From the NCBI GenBank assembly GCA_965203325.1, contig OZ241875.1:1120001-1184000 (forward strand): a stretch of DNA of 64,000 nucleotides, given 5' to 3'. Below, in pieces: positions 26,631 to 39,002 of this stretch. This DNA comes from a bacterium (GTDB lineage Bacteria; UBA8248). The first letter of the stretch is position 1; the number at the start of each line of letters is the position of its first letter. A program made the translations under genes and the position numbers. Under the pieces are notes generated by a model. The model ran no database searches. It worked only from the letters and a program-made list of their open reading frames with translations, and had not been told where the DNA came from.

Positions 26631-27338
26631 GTGCGGATACCGGGCGTTCAGATCGAAAAACCCAAATCCCTGAGCAAGATGGTGTCGGAACAGATAAAAG
26701 ACGCCATTCTGAGCGGCATCTTCCAGCCGGGAGACAAGCTGGTCGAGACGACGCTCACCGAATCGATGGGCGTGAGCAGAACCCCGCTCCGCGAAGCCTT
26801 CCGGGAGCTCGCGGCGGAAGGCTACATCACCGTCGTCCCGCACAAGGGGGCGCACGTGAGCCTCGTGAGCGAAGATGAAGTCCTGGACATCTACACAATC
26901 ACCAGCGTACTGGAAGGCCTCGCCACGCGCCTCGCGACTCCGAATCTTCGCGAAGGCAGGGCGAATGAGACGCTCCATGCGTTTTTCGAGCAGTTGAAGC
27001 GCCACCACGAGCGCGGCGAAGTGGACGAATACTGGGCGGCGAACCGCGATTTTCACCGCCACATCACGAGCGCTTGTGAGAACTCGAGACTACAGGGGCT
27101 CATCGGGAACCTGCGGCAGCAGATCATGAAGACCCGCGTGGTCACGCTTCACGCGCCCGGGCGTCTCGATAATTCCATGGCCGAGCACGAGGATATACTC
27201 GATGCCATTCTCGACGGCGACGCGAGAGCCGCAGAACGCCTGGTGATCAGGCACCTGGAAATTCAAGGGAAATTCGTACTGGACCTCATCAAGAAATCAC
27301 TTGAAAGCGCAAGCGTCTCGGCCGGAGAACACGACTAG
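26631..27338 (+). CDS. GntR/FadR-family transcriptional regulator
   Basis: GVSRTPLREA HTH; FCD domain with FH and EH. Confidence 0.9.
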   Translation: MRIPGVQIEKPKSLSKMVSEQIKDAILSGIFQPGDKLVETTLTESMGVSRTPLREAFRELAAEGYITVVPHKGAHVSLVSEDEVLDIYTITSVLEGLATRLATPNLREGRANETLHAFFEQLKRHHERGEVDEYWAANRDFHRHITSACENSRLQGLIGNLRQQIMKTRVVTLHAPGRLDNSMAEHEDILDAILDGDARAAERLVIRHLEIQGKFVLDLIKKSLESASVSAGEHD

Positions 27339-28450
27339 GCGAACACCTCCCCCACGCTTGCGCCCTCCATTTGCAGGGCATCGGCCACGCCCGCATGCGT
27401 GATGCGCCCTTCGGCCACGTTCAGGCCGTCGGCGAGGTGCGGATTGCGCCCCACCGCTTCTTTGACCCCTGAGTTGGCCAGTTCCAGGGCGTAGGGCAGC
27501 ACGGCGTTCGAGAGCGCGATGGTGCTCGTGCGGGGGACGACCCCCGGCATGTTCGCCACGCCGTAGTGGACGACGCCGTCTACGACGTAGGTGGGGTCCG
27601 AGTGATAGGTGGGCCGTATCGTCTCCACGCAGCCGCCCTGGTCCACCGCCACGTCCACGATGACGGCGCCGGGATTCATCTCCCCCAGCATCTCGCGCGA
27701 AACCAGAACCGGCGTGCGGCCTCCAGGCACCAAAACGGCGCCGATGACCAGGTCCGCCTCGCGCAGGGCTTCGCGTATGGTAAAGCGCGTGGATACCAGC
27801 GTCTTGACCCGGCCGTCGAAGATATCGTCGATATATTCGAGGCGCGCGTGATTGATGTCGAAAACCGTGACGCCCGCGTGCATGCCCACTGCAATCTTGG
27901 CCGCGTTCTTCCCCACGATGCCCGCTCCGAGGATGACCACGTTTCCCCGCGGGACGCCCGGCGCCCCGGCCAGCAGGACGCCGCGGCCCCCTAAGTTTTT
28001 CCCCAGATACTTGGCGCCTTCCTGGACGGCCATCCTGCCCGCTATTTCGCTCATGGGCTGTAGAATCGGCAAAACGCCTTCGGGCGAGGTCACCGTCTCG
28101 AACGCGATGCCGCAGGCTCCGCTCTCGATGAGTGCGCGCGCCAGGGGCCGACAGGCGGCCAGATGCAAAAAGGCGAACAGAATCTGCCCCTCGCGCATCA
28201 TCGGAAACTCCGGCTCCAGGGGCTCCTTGACCTTGACGATCATCTCCCCCTCCGCCCAGAGTTCCTCCGCGGAGGAGACGATATGCGCACCCACCGCCTC
28301 GTATTCCGCATCCGCGATGCCGGCGTCGAGACCTGCGCCCTTTTCCACCATCACGGTGTGGCCCGCCTCCGCGAGAGCCTCAACGGCGCCAGGCGTCAAG
28401 GCGACCCTGTATTCATCCTGTTTGATTTCCCTGAGCAGCCCGATTTTCAT
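27335..28450 (-). CDS. ald: Alanine dehydrogenase
   Basis: EIKQDEYRV, KVKEP, HLAA, MSEIAGR, DVAVDQGGC, VANMPG. Confidence 0.93.
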   Translation of the reverse strand: MKIGLLREIKQDEYRVALTPGAVEALAEAGHTVMVEKGAGLDAGIADAEYEAVGAHIVSSAEELWAEGEMIVKVKEPLEPEFPMMREGQILFAFLHLAACRPLARALIESGACGIAFETVTSPEGVLPILQPMSEIAGRMAVQEGAKYLGKNLGGRGVLLAGAPGVPRGNVVILGAGIVGKNAAKIAVGMHAGVTVFDINHARLEYIDDIFDGRVKTLVSTRFTIREALREADLVIGAVLVPGGRTPVLVSREMLGEMNPGAVIVDVAVDQGGCVETIRPTYHSDPTYVVDGVVHYGVANMPGVVPRTSTIALSNAVLPYALELANSGVKEAVGRNPHLADGLNVAEGRITHAGVADALQMEGASVGEVFA

Positions 28451-28887
28451 GAACCGTCCGCCTCCTCTTCCACGACGTGGAAGGTGCTCTCCGCCTCGGC
28501 GACGGCGCGACCGTCTTCCGCCCTGGTCGCTTTTCCCTCCATAACGACGAACCTGCCCTTTTTCTTCTTCAATCTTCCTTCGAGCAGCAAGGGAGTGCCG
28601 ACGGGCAGGGGGTCGCGGTAGCGAATTTCGCTTCTCGCCGAATAGGCGCGAATTCCTTGGAGGAAAAGCCAGTTCGCCATGACGTCATCGAGAACGCTGA
28701 AGACGATGCCGCCGTGGGTGACGCCGTCGTAGCCCTGGTGAACGGACTGCGGCGTGAACTCGGCGCGGCAGACATCCCCGTCGAGCCGGAACGCGATTTT
28801 CAGGCCAATCGTGTTCTCGGGACCGCATACGAAACAGCCGTCTGCATCCGGGCGTCCTCTCGAAACGGACAATGGTTCGGTCTCCAT
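28447..28887 (-). CDS. PaaI-family hot-dog thioesterase
   Basis: CFVCGPEN, HQGYDGVTHGG, LDD. Confidence 0.88.
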   Translation of the reverse strand: METEPLSVSRGRPDADGCFVCGPENTIGLKIAFRLDGDVCRAEFTPQSVHQGYDGVTHGGIVFSVLDDVMANWLFLQGIRAYSARSEIRYRDPLPVGTPLLLEGRLKKKKGRFVVMEGKATRAEDGRAVAEAESTFHVVEEEADGS

Positions 28888-28903
28888 TCTGTTTCAGGCA
28901 AAC

Positions 28904-28933
28904 AAAAAAGGAGAGCCGCGGCGGCTCTCCTTT
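28904..28933 (-). terminator. Intrinsic terminator of the alpha operon
   Basis: AAAGGAGAGCCG-CCG-CGGCTCTCCTTTTTT downstream of rplQ. Confidence 0.8.
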
Positions 28934-28957
28934 CGGGAGTCTCTCATATGAGGGCCT

Positions 28958-29380
28958 CTACGCTTCCCCTTGCGCCTCTTTTCTCTTCCGGCGGCGCTCC
29001 CGCCTTTCTTCTTCTCTGGTGGTGTCCCTGTCGACCAACTCGAGGAGCGCCATGGGCGCGGCGTCTCCCTGCCGGGGAGGGAGGCGCAGAATCCGGGTAT
29101 AACCGCCGGGCCGCTCCGCATATCTCGGGGCGATGGTCTCCATGAGCTTGGCGACCGCAGCGGGCGTCTTGAGATAAGAGGCAACCTGCCGCCTTGCATG
29201 GAGCGTGCCCTTCTTGCCCGTGGTGATGATGCGCTCGGCGTGGCGGCGAACCTCCTTGGCCTTCGCCAGCGTCGTTCGCACCCTCTCCTCGTCGATGAGA
29301 GAAGTCACCATGTTCCTCGTCATCGCATCGCGATGTTTCGAGGTGCGTCCCAGTTTTCTGCCGTGCCATCGATGCCGCAT
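28958..29380 (-). CDS. rplQ: 50S ribosomal protein L17
   Basis: MRHR..GRKLGR, RPGGYTRI. Confidence 0.97.
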   Translation of the reverse strand: MRHRWHGRKLGRTSKHRDAMTRNMVTSLIDEERVRTTLAKAKEVRRHAERIITTGKKGTLHARRQVASYLKTPAAVAKLMETIAPRYAERPGGYTRILRLPPRQGDAAPMALLELVDRDTTREEERRERRRKRKEAQGEA

Positions 29381-29391
29381 TAATCCATATC

Positions 29392-30411
29392 CTATTCTTG
29401 TTCGGAATCTTCCGGCGCGCTCAAATCGAGCGGCGAGAGATCCATATAGCTCAAATCCATACCCAGGGACAAACCCATGCCCGTGAGGATATCACGAATT
29501 TCATTCAAACTCTTGCGCCCGAAGTTCCTGGTTTTCAGCAACTCGGCCTCGGTTTTTTGCACCAACTCGCCCAGTGTGCGGATACGCGCGTTTTTCAGGC
29601 AGTTATAGCTGCGAACCGAAAGTTCGAGTTCCTCCACGCTCCTGCTGAGACTCTCGACGATTCTCTGCTTGCGCTCGTCCACCTTGGGCGCCTGGGGCTC
29701 GGTCTCTTCCTCGAAATTGATGAATATCTGGAGGTTGTCCTTCAGTATCTTCGCCGCGTGGGCGACCGCATCGACGGGGGCGATGGTTCCGTTCGTCTCC
29801 ACGTCGAGAATCAGCTTGTCGTAGTCCGTAATGTCGCCCACCCGGGTTTTCTCCACCTGGAAGGTGCAGCGGCGGATGGGGGAGAAGATGGAATCCACCG
29901 GGATGAACTGGGGGCCGAGCGTCAGATCCACGTTTCTCTCCGCGGGAACGTAGCCGCGGCCGATGTTCGCCACGAGTTCCACTTCGAGTTCCGCCTCATC
30001 GTTCATGTTGGCGATCTCGATGTCGGGGGTCAGCACCTTCACGCCCGCAGGGGCATCGATGTCTCCTGCCTTGAATACGCCGGCCGAACCCGAATGCCGA
30101 TAATGCATGTGAACCGGCAAGGTTTCCGATTCCACCTCGATGACGATGTCCTTGAGATTCAGGATGATTTCCGTCACATCTTCCATGACGCCTGGGATGC
30201 TCGAAAACTCGTGAAATACTCCCTCGATGCGCACACCCGTGAAAGCGGCTCCCTGCAGTGAAGACAAGATCACGCGGCGGAGCGCATTGCCCAGCGTAAC
30301 GCCATACCCGCGCTCCAGGGGTTCGGCGACAAAACGGCCGAAAGTATCGGTCAAACTATCCGACTGGGGCTCCAGGCCGGTGGGTTTGACCAGATCAGCA
30401 ATGGCTGTCAT
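29392..30411 (-). CDS. rpoA: RNA polymerase alpha subunit
   Basis: [27 protein letters not shown]. Confidence 0.98.
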   Translation of the reverse strand: MTAIADLVKPTGLEPQSDSLTDTFGRFVAEPLERGYGVTLGNALRRVILSSLQGAAFTGVRIEGVFHEFSSIPGVMEDVTEIILNLKDIVIEVESETLPVHMHYRHSGSAGVFKAGDIDAPAGVKVLTPDIEIANMNDEAELEVELVANIGRGYVPAERNVDLTLGPQFIPVDSIFSPIRRCTFQVEKTRVGDITDYDKLILDVETNGTIAPVDAVAHAAKILKDNLQIFINFEEETEPQAPKVDERKQRIVESLSRSVEELELSVRSYNCLKNARIRTLGELVQKTEAELLKTRNFGRKSLNEIRDILTGMGLSLGMDLSYMDLSPLDLSAPEDSEQE

Positions 30412-30478
30412 CTGCGTTGGTCCTCCGTTCGGCGGTTGACCACTTTTTGAAACAAGTAGGTCGAAACAAATTCGTCAT

Positions 30479-31111
30479 TTATTTGGAATACAGTTCCACA
30501 ATTTGCTGCACGTTGATGTCAATCAGAGAGTCGACCAGATTGGGCGGCTCCAGAACACGCGCTTGAAGATCGGCGTGGTCCACGTCGAGCCAGGCGGGAG
30601 CGCCGCGCACTTTCCCTTTTTCCGCGCTTTGCACGATCAGCGCAATTTTCTTGCTTTTCTCTTTAATCTCGACGACGTCGCCCTTGCGAACGGCGAACGC
30701 CGGGCGATTCACCTTCCGGCCGTTCACCCGAACGTGGTTGTGAGTCACCAGCTGACGCGCCTGATTGCGTGAATCCGCGAAACTCGCCCGGAACACGACG
30801 TTGTCGAGTCTGGACTCGAGCAGAGAAAACAGGTTGTCGCCGGTGACGCCCTTGCGCCGCGCGGCTTCTTTGTAATACAGCCGGAACTGCTTCTCCAGCA
30901 CGCCGTACACCCGGCGCGCTTTTTGTTTCTCGCGAAGCTGCAGCCCGTATTCGCTCAGTTTCCCGCGCGAACGCGCCGCGCCATGCTGCCCTGGCGGAAA
31001 GCTCCGTTTCTCGAAAGAGCATTTATCGCCGATGCAACGGTCGCCCTTCAGGAAGAGCTTCATTCCCTCTCTTCGGCAAAGCCGACAAACCGAATCTTTG
31101 TATCGCGCCAA
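30479..31111 (-). CDS. rpsD: 30S ribosomal protein S4 (Zn-binding type)
   Basis: [20 protein letters not shown]. Confidence 0.98.
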   Translation of the reverse strand: MARYKDSVCRLCRREGMKLFLKGDRCIGDKCSFEKRSFPPGQHGAARSRGKLSEYGLQLREKQKARRVYGVLEKQFRLYYKEAARRKGVTGDNLFSLLESRLDNVVFRASFADSRNQARQLVTHNHVRVNGRKVNRPAFAVRKGDVVEIKEKSKKIALIVQSAEKGKVRGAPAWLDVDHADLQARVLEPPNLVDSLIDINVQQIVELYSK

Positions 31112-31136
31112 AATTCAGACTCCCTCTTGCCTTGAC

Positions 31137-31538
31137 CTAGACCCGACGCCGCTTGCGCGGACGGCAACCATTGTGGGGAATAGGCGTTACGTCACGAATG
31201 AGACTCACCTCGAGCCCCGCCGCGGCCAGCGAGCGAATCGCCGCCTCCCGGCCGGAACCCGGACCACTCACGAATACCTCGACCGAAGTCACGCCGAGGT
31301 CCAACGCTTTTTTGGCGACATCCGCAGCAGCCATCTGCGCGGCGAAAGGCGTGCTCTTCCGGGAACCCTTGAATCCCTGCCCGCCGGCCGTCGACCAACA
31401 AACCACGTTCCCGCCCGTGTCGGAAATCGATATCATGGTGTTGTTGAAGGTCGCCAGGATGTGAGCCTGTCCCTTGCCGATGGCTCTCCGCTCACGACGG
31501 CGCTTTCCACCGCGTTTTCCTCTACCCGCTTGCGCCAA
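31137..31538 (-). CDS. rpsK: 30S ribosomal protein S11
   Basis: [21 protein letters not shown]. Confidence 0.98.
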   Translation of the reverse strand: MAQAGRGKRGGKRRRERRAIGKGQAHILATFNNTMISISDTGGNVVCWSTAGGQGFKGSRKSTPFAAQMAAADVAKKALDLGVTSVEVFVSGPGSGREAAIRSLAAAGLEVSLIRDVTPIPHNGCRPRKRRRV

Positions 31539-31576
31539 TTGAAATCTCCTGCCCTATAAGAAACGAAATTGAAAAA

Positions 31577-31951
31577 TCAGTTGTCCTTTTTCTTTGCGCC
31601 CACCGTCTTGCGCGGCCCTTTGCGGGTGCGCGCGTTCGTGTGGGTTCTCTGCCCGCGAACGGGCAATCCACGGCGGTGACGGAGTCCCCGGTAGGTGCCG
31701 ATGTCCATCAATCTCTTGATGTTCATGGTCACCCGGCTCCTCAAGTCGCCCTCCACCGCATAGCCGCGCTCGATAATCTCGCGCAAGGTCTGCACCTCGG
31801 CTTCGGAGAGGTCCTTCACCTTGGAGAAGGTGTTGATATTCGCTTCTTCCACTATCTTGTTCGCGGAAGTCCGCCCGATTCCATAGATATACGTCAAGGC
31901 GATGTTGACGTTCTTGTCGTTGGGAATATCCACTCCGGCAATACGGGCCAT
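31577..31951 (-). CDS. rpsM: 30S ribosomal protein S13
   Basis: [24 protein letters not shown]. Confidence 0.98.
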   Translation of the reverse strand: MARIAGVDIPNDKNVNIALTYIYGIGRTSANKIVEEANINTFSKVKDLSEAEVQTLREIIERGYAVEGDLRSRVTMNIKRLMDIGTYRGLRHRRGLPVRGQRTHTNARTRKGPRKTVGAKKKDN

Positions 31952-31982
31952 TCGCGTTCTCCTCTATTTCCTCGCCGCCGCC

Positions 31983-32096
31983 TCAGCCTTGTCGCTGTTT
32001 GTGCTTTGGGTTCGAGCACAAAACGCGCACGACACCCTTGCGGCGGATGACCTTGCACTTGTCACACATCGGCTTGACGGAACTCCTCACCTTCAT
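31983..32096 (-). CDS. rpmJ: 50S ribosomal protein L36 (C+ type); too short for the ORF track
   Basis: Hand translation [37 protein letters not shown]. Confidence 0.97.
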   Translation of the reverse strand: MKVRSSVKPMCDKCKVIRRKGVVRVLCSNPKHKQRQG

Positions 32097-32124
32097 TTCC
32101 CGACTCCAAATCTCGCTTGAAAAC

Positions 32125-32412
32125 CTACTTGTACCGGCTCGTTATCCGCCCTCTCGTCAAATCGTAAGGGGACAACTCCACCTTGACGTTATCTCCCGGG
32201 AGAATCCGGATGAAGTGCATCCGCATTTTCCCCGAGATGTGGGCCAACACCTTGTGGCCGCCTTCGAGTTCAACGCGAAACATCGCGTTCGGCAGAGGCT
32301 CCACGACAATCCCGTCCACCTCGATCACGCCTTCCTTGGGAGCCCTCTCCTCGCGCTCTGCCTGATCGCGCTTTCTCTGCTTCCGGCTTCCCCCTCGGCG
32401 CGGTCTCCTCAT
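32125..32412 (-). CDS. infA: Translation initiation factor IF-1 (start uncertain)
   Basis: [27 protein letters not shown]. Confidence 0.95.
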   Translation of the reverse strand: MRRPRRGGSRKQRKRDQAEREERAPKEGVIEVDGIVVEPLPNAMFRVELEGGHKVLAHISGKMRMHFIRILPGDNVKVELSPYDLTRGRITSRYK

Positions 32413-33161
32413 GCGGCCAGGCTCAGAATATCCGGGCCGTCTTCGGTGATGGCGACGGAATGTTCAAAATGCGCGGAAAGTTTCTCGTCCGCCGTAACGA
32501 CTGTCCATTCATCGCTTAAAACCTTTACGTCATGAACACCCATGTTCAGCATCGGCTCAATCGCGAGAACCATGCCCGCCTTCAATTCCGGCCCCGTGCC
32601 GGGTTCGCCGAAATTCGGAACCTGGGGTTCTTCGTGAAGATTCGTTCCCACCCCATGCCCCACATAGGCGCGCACCACCGAAAACCCGGCGTTTTCCGCG
32701 TGCTTTTGCACGGCGTGTGAAATATCAAACAACCGATTGCCCGGTTTCGCCTGCTCGATGCCCTTGAAAAGGGACTCCTCGCAGCATTTCAACAGCTTCT
32801 TCGCCCCGGGATCAACGTCGCCCACGGGAAAGGTGACGGCATGGTCTCCATAGTAGCCATACAATTTCGCCCCGACATCCACGCTGACGATATCCCCTTC
32901 CTCGAGTTTCTTCCCGGAGGGCACCCCATGCACTACTTCTTCATTGATCGAAGCGCATATCGTGTGCCGATAGCCCCTGTACCCCTTGAAAGCAGGTATG
33001 GCCCCTTGCTCCCGAATCACCCGCTCCGCCAAAGCGTCCAACTCCAGCGTCGTAACACCCGGCCGAATCGCTTCTTTGAGTTCCGCCATGACGCTCATTA
33101 CCACCCGGTTGCTGGCCCGTAAACGCTCTATCTCTTTTCGCGAACGAAGGATGATAGCCAT
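32409..33161 (-). CDS. map: Methionine aminopeptidase type I
   Basis: [25 protein letters not shown]. Confidence 0.97.
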   Translation of the reverse strand: MAIILRSRKEIERLRASNRVVMSVMAELKEAIRPGVTTLELDALAERVIREQGAIPAFKGYRGYRHTICASINEEVVHGVPSGKKLEEGDIVSVDVGAKLYGYYGDHAVTFPVGDVDPGAKKLLKCCEESLFKGIEQAKPGNRLFDISHAVQKHAENAGFSVVRAYVGHGVGTNLHEEPQVPNFGEPGTGPELKAGMVLAIEPMLNMGVHDVKVLSDEWTVVTADEKLSAHFEHSVAITEDGPDILSLAA

Positions 33162-33790
33162 CAGGCAAGCACCTGGGCAATACCTTCCTCCACCCTCTGC
33201 GCGATTTCCTCAACGCTGCCCTCACCGTTGATCTCCGCGAGCTTGCCCTTGTGGCGATAAAACGCCACCAACGGTTCGGTATGCTCCCGGTACAACTCCA
33301 GGCGACGGAGCACAGTGCTCGTCATGTCGTCCTCGCGCTGGTAGAGGTCTCCTCCACAAACGGAGCAAAGCGAGGTGTCCATGTTGGGATAGACGGCGCC
33401 GCATTTCCTGCAGGTGAGTCTACCCGCTAGGCGAGCCACCACGGCCTCGCTCGACACATTGAAATAGATAACCACATCCACGCTGTCCGGCAAGACTCTC
33501 TCCAGGGCCTCGCCCTGCTCAATCGTCCTGGGAAAACCATCCAGGATGAAGCCATGCCCGCAGTCCGCTCGGGAAATGCGCTCCTCGATCACCGAAATGA
33601 TAAGCGCATCCGGCACGAGGCAGCCCTGGTTGATGACATCCCCCACCTGCTGGCCCAGCGCCGTCTTCTCCTCCACCGCCTGACGCAACATGTCTCCCGT
33701 CGAGATTTCGGGCACCTGCAGGGATTTCGAAAGCGCAGCGCCCTGGGTGCCTTTTCCCGAACCCGGGGGGCCCAGAAGAATCATTTTCAC
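33161..33790 (-). CDS. adk: Adenylate kinase with a short Cys4 LID
   Basis: GPPGSGKGTQ, STGDMLR, LDGFPRT; GTG start just after the secY stop. Confidence 0.95.
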   Translation of the reverse strand: MKMILLGPPGSGKGTQGAALSKSLQVPEISTGDMLRQAVEEKTALGQQVGDVINQGCLVPDALIISVIEERISRADCGHGFILDGFPRTIEQGEALERVLPDSVDVVIYFNVSSEAVVARLAGRLTCRKCGAVYPNMDTSLCSVCGGDLYQREDDMTSTVLRRLELYREHTEPLVAFYRHKGKLAEINGEGSVEEIAQRVEEGIAQVLA

Positions 33791-33791
33791 G

Positions 33792-35110
<1,319 letters not shown>

Positions 35111-35114
<4 letters not shown>

Positions 35115-35623
35115 TCGCTTTTATCCTCCGGCTTCGCGGCGAGGGCCACGATCTCCACGCTGCCGCCCGCGCTCTCGATTTTCCGGCGGGCCGATTCGCT
35201 GCATTTCTGGACCTTGAGGTGAACCGCGCGATCCACTTCGCCCTCACCCAGGAGCTTGACGCCGTCTTTGGCTACCTTTCGAATCAGGCCGGCGGCCCGC
35301 AGGGCGTCCGCGTCGACGTTCGCGCCCTCGGCCAGCACGCCCAAACGCCCCACGTTCAACTCGGAGAACTCTTTTTTGAAGCGGTTGTTGAACCCACGCT
35401 TCGGCAGGCGGCGCTGGAGCGGCATCTGACCACCCTCGAAACCGACTTTCCGGCTGTAGCCGGAACGCGATTTCTGCCCCTTGTGCCCGCGTGTGGAGGT
35501 CTTGCCCCTTCCGGAGCCCACACCGCGGCCCACGCGCCGCCTGGCCTTCACCGCCCCGTCCGGGGAGGTCAAATCACCCAGGCCCGTATATGAATTTTCC
35601 GGCTTCGCGTCGTTCTCGGACAT
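35111..35623 (-). CDS. rplO: 50S ribosomal protein L15
   Basis: GRGVGSG, FEGGQMPL.RRLPKRGF. Confidence 0.97.
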
Positions 35624-35637
35624 TCGAATCCGGGGCG

Positions 35638-35826
35638 CTAGGCCCCCTCCTCCACTTCTACGAGATGCTTGATCTTGAACACCATGCCGCGAATGCAGGC
35701 GTTGTCCGCCTTCACGACCGTCTGGTTGATCCGCCTCAGACCCAATCCATGCAAGACGGCGCGCTGCTTCACGTTCGAACCGGAAGTGCTCTTTCTCAAG
35801 GTGATTTTTAGCTTATCCTGCGCCAT
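35638..35826 (-). CDS. rpmD: 50S ribosomal protein L30
   Basis: [14 protein letters not shown]; position in the spc operon. Confidence 0.95.
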   Translation of the reverse strand: MAQDKLKITLRKSTSGSNVKQRAVLHGLGLRRINQTVVKADNACIRGMVFKIKHLVEVEEGA

Positions 35827-35834
35827 CTTTCCCT

Positions 35835-36512
35835 CTATTCTTCCTTCGCGCCGGCGTCTTCGTCATCGCTCGCCTCGTCGGCGTCACCAGCTTCGTCGGC
35901 TGCAGCGCCGCTGTCCAGGGCATCTTCCGCCGGGGCCTCCGCCTCTACTGCCGCTGTCTCGGTGTCCTCCGTCTCTGCGTCTCCGGCGGCGTCATCTTCG
36001 ATGCCGATTCCCCGGAGCGCCAAAACTTCTTCCTTGTTGCGCAGCGAACTCAAGCCCTGCAGCGTCGCCTTGGCCGCGTTGTGCGGGTTGTTCGTGCCGA
36101 TGCACTTCGTCAGTATGTCACGCACCCCGGCGACGTCCAGAACCGCGCGTACGGGGCCGCCGGCGATGACGCCCGTTCCCCGCGCCGCCGGCTTGAGAAG
36201 CACACGGCCCGCGCCGTATTTGCCCATCGTCTGGTGGGGGATGGTCTCATGATCGAGGGCCACCTTCACCATCGCCTTGCGGGCCTTCTCCACGCCCTTG
36301 CGGATGGCTTCGGGCACCTCGTTCGCCTTGCCCATCCCGATGCCGACCTGGCCCTTCCTGTCGCCGACGGTCACCAGGGCGCTGAAACTGAAGCGCCTGC
36401 CGCCCTTCACCACCTTGGCCACACGATTCACGTAGATGACCCGGTCGATGAATTCACGCTCTTCGGGATTCTCGGGCTCCCTGTCCCGGCCTCGCCTTGC
36501 GTCTCGCGCCAT
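35835..36512 (-). CDS. rpsE: 30S ribosomal protein S5 with an acidic C-terminal tail
   Basis: [22 protein letters not shown]. Confidence 0.97.
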   Translation of the reverse strand: MARDARRGRDREPENPEEREFIDRVIYVNRVAKVVKGGRRFSFSALVTVGDRKGQVGIGMGKANEVPEAIRKGVEKARKAMVKVALDHETIPHQTMGKYGAGRVLLKPAARGTGVIAGGPVRAVLDVAGVRDILTKCIGTNNPHNAAKATLQGLSSLRNKEEVLALRGIGIEDDAAGDAETEDTETAAVEAEAPAEDALDSGAAADEAGDADEASDDEDAGAKEE

Positions 36513-36892
36513 CAGAAACTCACCCCCGTCTCTCTCACGCTGTCGGCCAGCGCCTTCACGCGGCCATGATAGAGATAGCCGTTGCGATCGAAAACCACTT
36601 TTTCCACACCCTTGGCCTTCGCGCGACCGGCCAGCAGCTTGCCGACGATGGCGGCGCCCGTCACGTTGCTCCCGCCCGCGTTTTCGGCGCTCTTCGCCTC
36701 GGTGGCGAAATCCTTCTCGCGCGAGGAGGCCGCGGCCAGGGTCCGGCCCGAGACGTCATCAATCACCTGGGCGTAGATGTGTCCACCGCTCCTGAAAACC
36801 GTCAAGCGAGGACGCTCACCCGTTCCGCGGCTCTTCTTGCGGATTCTTACCTTTCGCTTGAGTCTCGCCTCGAGTTTCGTCAATCGACCCAC
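36512..36892 (-). CDS. rplR: 50S ribosomal protein L18
   Basis: [22 protein letters not shown]. Confidence 0.97.
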   Translation of the reverse strand: MGRLTKLEARLKRKVRIRKKSRGTGERPRLTVFRSGGHIYAQVIDDVSGRTLAAASSREKDFATEAKSAENAGGSNVTGAAIVGKLLAGRAKAKGVEKVVFDRNGYLYHGRVKALADSVRETGVSF

Positions 36893-36909
36893 TTCTCAAA
36901 CCTCCCGCG

Positions 36910-37455
36910 CTACACGCCGGCCTTGCCGACCTTGCGGCGAACCGTCTCGCCCGCATAGCGGATGCCCTTGCCCTTATACGGCTCGGGGGGCTTCACCTTG
37001 CGGATTTCGGCGGCCACCCAGCCCACCAACTGCTTGTCGATGCCCTTCACCTTGATCGCCGTCCGGTTGCGGTCGCTCTGCACCTCGAAGGTGATGCCCT
37101 CGATCGGTTCGATGCTCACCGGATGCGAAAATCCCACGTTCAGGACGACTCCCTCGCCCCTCGCCTCCACGCGGTATCCCAAGCCGATTATCTCGAGTTC
37201 CTTCTCGAACCCTTTCGTCACGCCTTCGACCATATTGGCGATCAGCGAGCGCGTGAGCCCGTGGAGCGATTTGTCCTGGCGCGATTCGCTGACGCGCGTG
37301 ACGACGATGTTCCCGTCATCTATCTCCACCTTCGGCCTGTGGTGCAACTCGAGGTCGAGTTCGCCCAGGGGCCCTTTGACGGAGATGTTCCGTCCATCGA
37401 GCTTCGCTTCGACGCCCGAGGGGATGGGAATCGGCATTTTTCCGATGCGTGACAT
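36910..37455 (-). CDS. rplF: 50S ribosomal protein L6
   Basis: MSRIGK, PEPYKGKGIRY. Confidence 0.98.
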   Translation of the reverse strand: MSRIGKMPIPIPSGVEAKLDGRNISVKGPLGELDLELHHRPKVEIDDGNIVVTRVSESRQDKSLHGLTRSLIANMVEGVTKGFEKELEIIGLGYRVEARGEGVVLNVGFSHPVSIEPIEGITFEVQSDRNRTAIKVKGIDKQLVGWVAAEIRKVKPPEPYKGKGIRYAGETVRRKVGKAGV

Positions 37456-37465
37456 TCAAACCACC

Positions 37466-37867
37466 TCACCAAATTTCACAGAGAACTTCACCGCCGACCC
37501 CCAGGTTCCTCGCTTCCTCATCCGTCACCACGCCTCGCGAGGTCGTGAGAATGGCGATTCCCATGCCGTTGAGCACCTTGGGAACCGACTCCTTGTCCAC
37601 GTACACGCGGAGGCCGGGCTTGCTGACGCGCTTGAGGCCGCTCAACACCAGCTTGCCGTCCTGGGGCGGCTTGAGCGCCACCTTGATTCGCGTCTGTCCC
37701 GTCGGACCCGGTTCGACATCGTATCCCTTGATATAGCCCTGGGACTTCAGGATTCCGACGACTCGCGCCTTGAGTTCGCTGCCCGGAATCTCGACGCTAT
37801 CATGGCCCGCACGCACCGCATTGCGAATGCGCGTCAGAAGATCGGCAATGGGATCCGTCATGCTCAT
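37466..37867 (-). CDS. rpsH: 30S ribosomal protein S8
   Basis: MSMTDPIADLLTRIRN, SKPGLRVY, GGEVLC. Confidence 0.97.
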   Translation of the reverse strand: MSMTDPIADLLTRIRNAVRAGHDSVEIPGSELKARVVGILKSQGYIKGYDVEPGPTGQTRIKVALKPPQDGKLVLSGLKRVSKPGLRVYVDKESVPKVLNGMGIAILTTSRGVVTDEEARNLGVGGEVLCEIW

Positions 37868-37883
37868 ACGCTTTGTTCTCCGG

Positions 37884-38069
37884 CTACCAACTCGACTTCG
37901 TGACTCCCGGAATTTCGCCCTTGAGCGCCAATTCACGGAAACAAATCCGACAAATCTTGAAACGCCTCAAGTAGCCTCGCGAACGTCCGCAACGCTGGCA
38001 GCGGTTATACGCCCGCACGCCGAACTTGGGCGGCTTCTTCTGTTTCGCAATCAAGCACTTTTTCGCCAC
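37884..38069 (-). CDS. rpsN: 30S ribosomal protein S14, short Zn-binding type
   Basis: RCQRCGR, CRICFRE. Confidence 0.97.
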   Translation of the reverse strand: MAKKCLIAKQKKPPKFGVRAYNRCQRCGRSRGYLRRFKICRICFRELALKGEIPGVTKSSW

Positions 38070-38080
38070 TGTATTTCCCC

Positions 38081-38632
38081 TTAACTCGCCCGGAAGGGGA
38101 CGCCCAACTCACGAAGCAGCGCCCTGCCCTCTTCATCCGTGTTCGCCGATGTGTTCAGGACCACCCCGATGCCACGGGATCTCTCCACCTTGTCGATATC
38201 GATTTCGGGGAAAATGAGCTGCTCGCGTATCCCGAGGCTGTAGTTTCCGCGCCCGTCGAAAGACTTTGGGCTCAAGCCCCTGAAATCGCGCACGCGGGGG
38301 AGCGCCACGTTCACCAGCCGGTCCGCGAAATCCCACATCCGCGCGCCGCGAAGCGTCACCATCGCCCCGATGGGCATGCCCTCGCGCAGCTTGAAATTCG
38401 CGATGGATTTCCTCGCGCGTGTGATGACGGGCTTCTGGCCCGCAATGCTCGTCAACTCGGCGACGCCGTTCTCCAGAGTCGCCGCATTCTGTACGGCCTC
38501 CCCAAGGCCCATGTTCAGAGTGACCTTCACAAGCCGCGGAATCTGCATGACGTTGGCGTATTCAAACTCCTTGCGGAGTTTTTCCACGATTTCGTCACGA
38601 TAAAGCTGCAACATTCTGGGCACGTACGCCAT
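38081..38632 (-). CDS. rplE: 50S ribosomal protein L5
   Basis: [23 protein letters not shown]. Confidence 0.98.
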   Translation of the reverse strand: MAYVPRMLQLYRDEIVEKLRKEFEYANVMQIPRLVKVTLNMGLGEAVQNAATLENGVAELTSIAGQKPVITRARKSIANFKLREGMPIGAMVTLRGARMWDFADRLVNVALPRVRDFRGLSPKSFDGRGNYSLGIREQLIFPEIDIDKVERSRGIGVVLNTSANTDEEGRALLRELGVPFRAS

Positions 38633-38655
38633 TTCGAATCAAATCCTTCTTTCTT

Positions 38656-38994
38656 CTACACCGTATCGAGCAATTCGCCGCTGCTATGCGTCACGCGCAC
38701 ATGCGCGCCGTCTTCGAGCCGCTTTCTCCGAATCCGCGAAGGCTGGTTGGTCTTCGGGTCCACGGGCATGACGTTGGAAATATGTATCTTGCCCTCCCGC
38801 TCCAGAATACCGCCTTGCTGCTGCCCCTGGCTCGGCTTCGTGTGCCGCTTCACGATGTTCACCTTCTCGACGATGACACGGTTCTCATCCTTGAGCACCT
38901 GAAGCACCTTGCCGGTCTTCCCCTTCTCGCGGCCGGCGATCACCTGAACGATGTCGCCTTTTTTTACATGCGTTTTCTTTGAACTCGAACCCAT
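38656..38994 (-). CDS. rplX: 50S ribosomal protein L24
   Basis: [22 protein letters not shown]. Confidence 0.96.
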   Translation of the reverse strand: MGSSSKKTHVKKGDIVQVIAGREKGKTGKVLQVLKDENRVIVEKVNIVKRHTKPSQGQQQGGILEREGKIHISNVMPVDPKTNQPSRIRRKRLEDGAHVRVTHSSGELLDTV

Positions 38995-39002
38995 CTCGTT
39001 CC

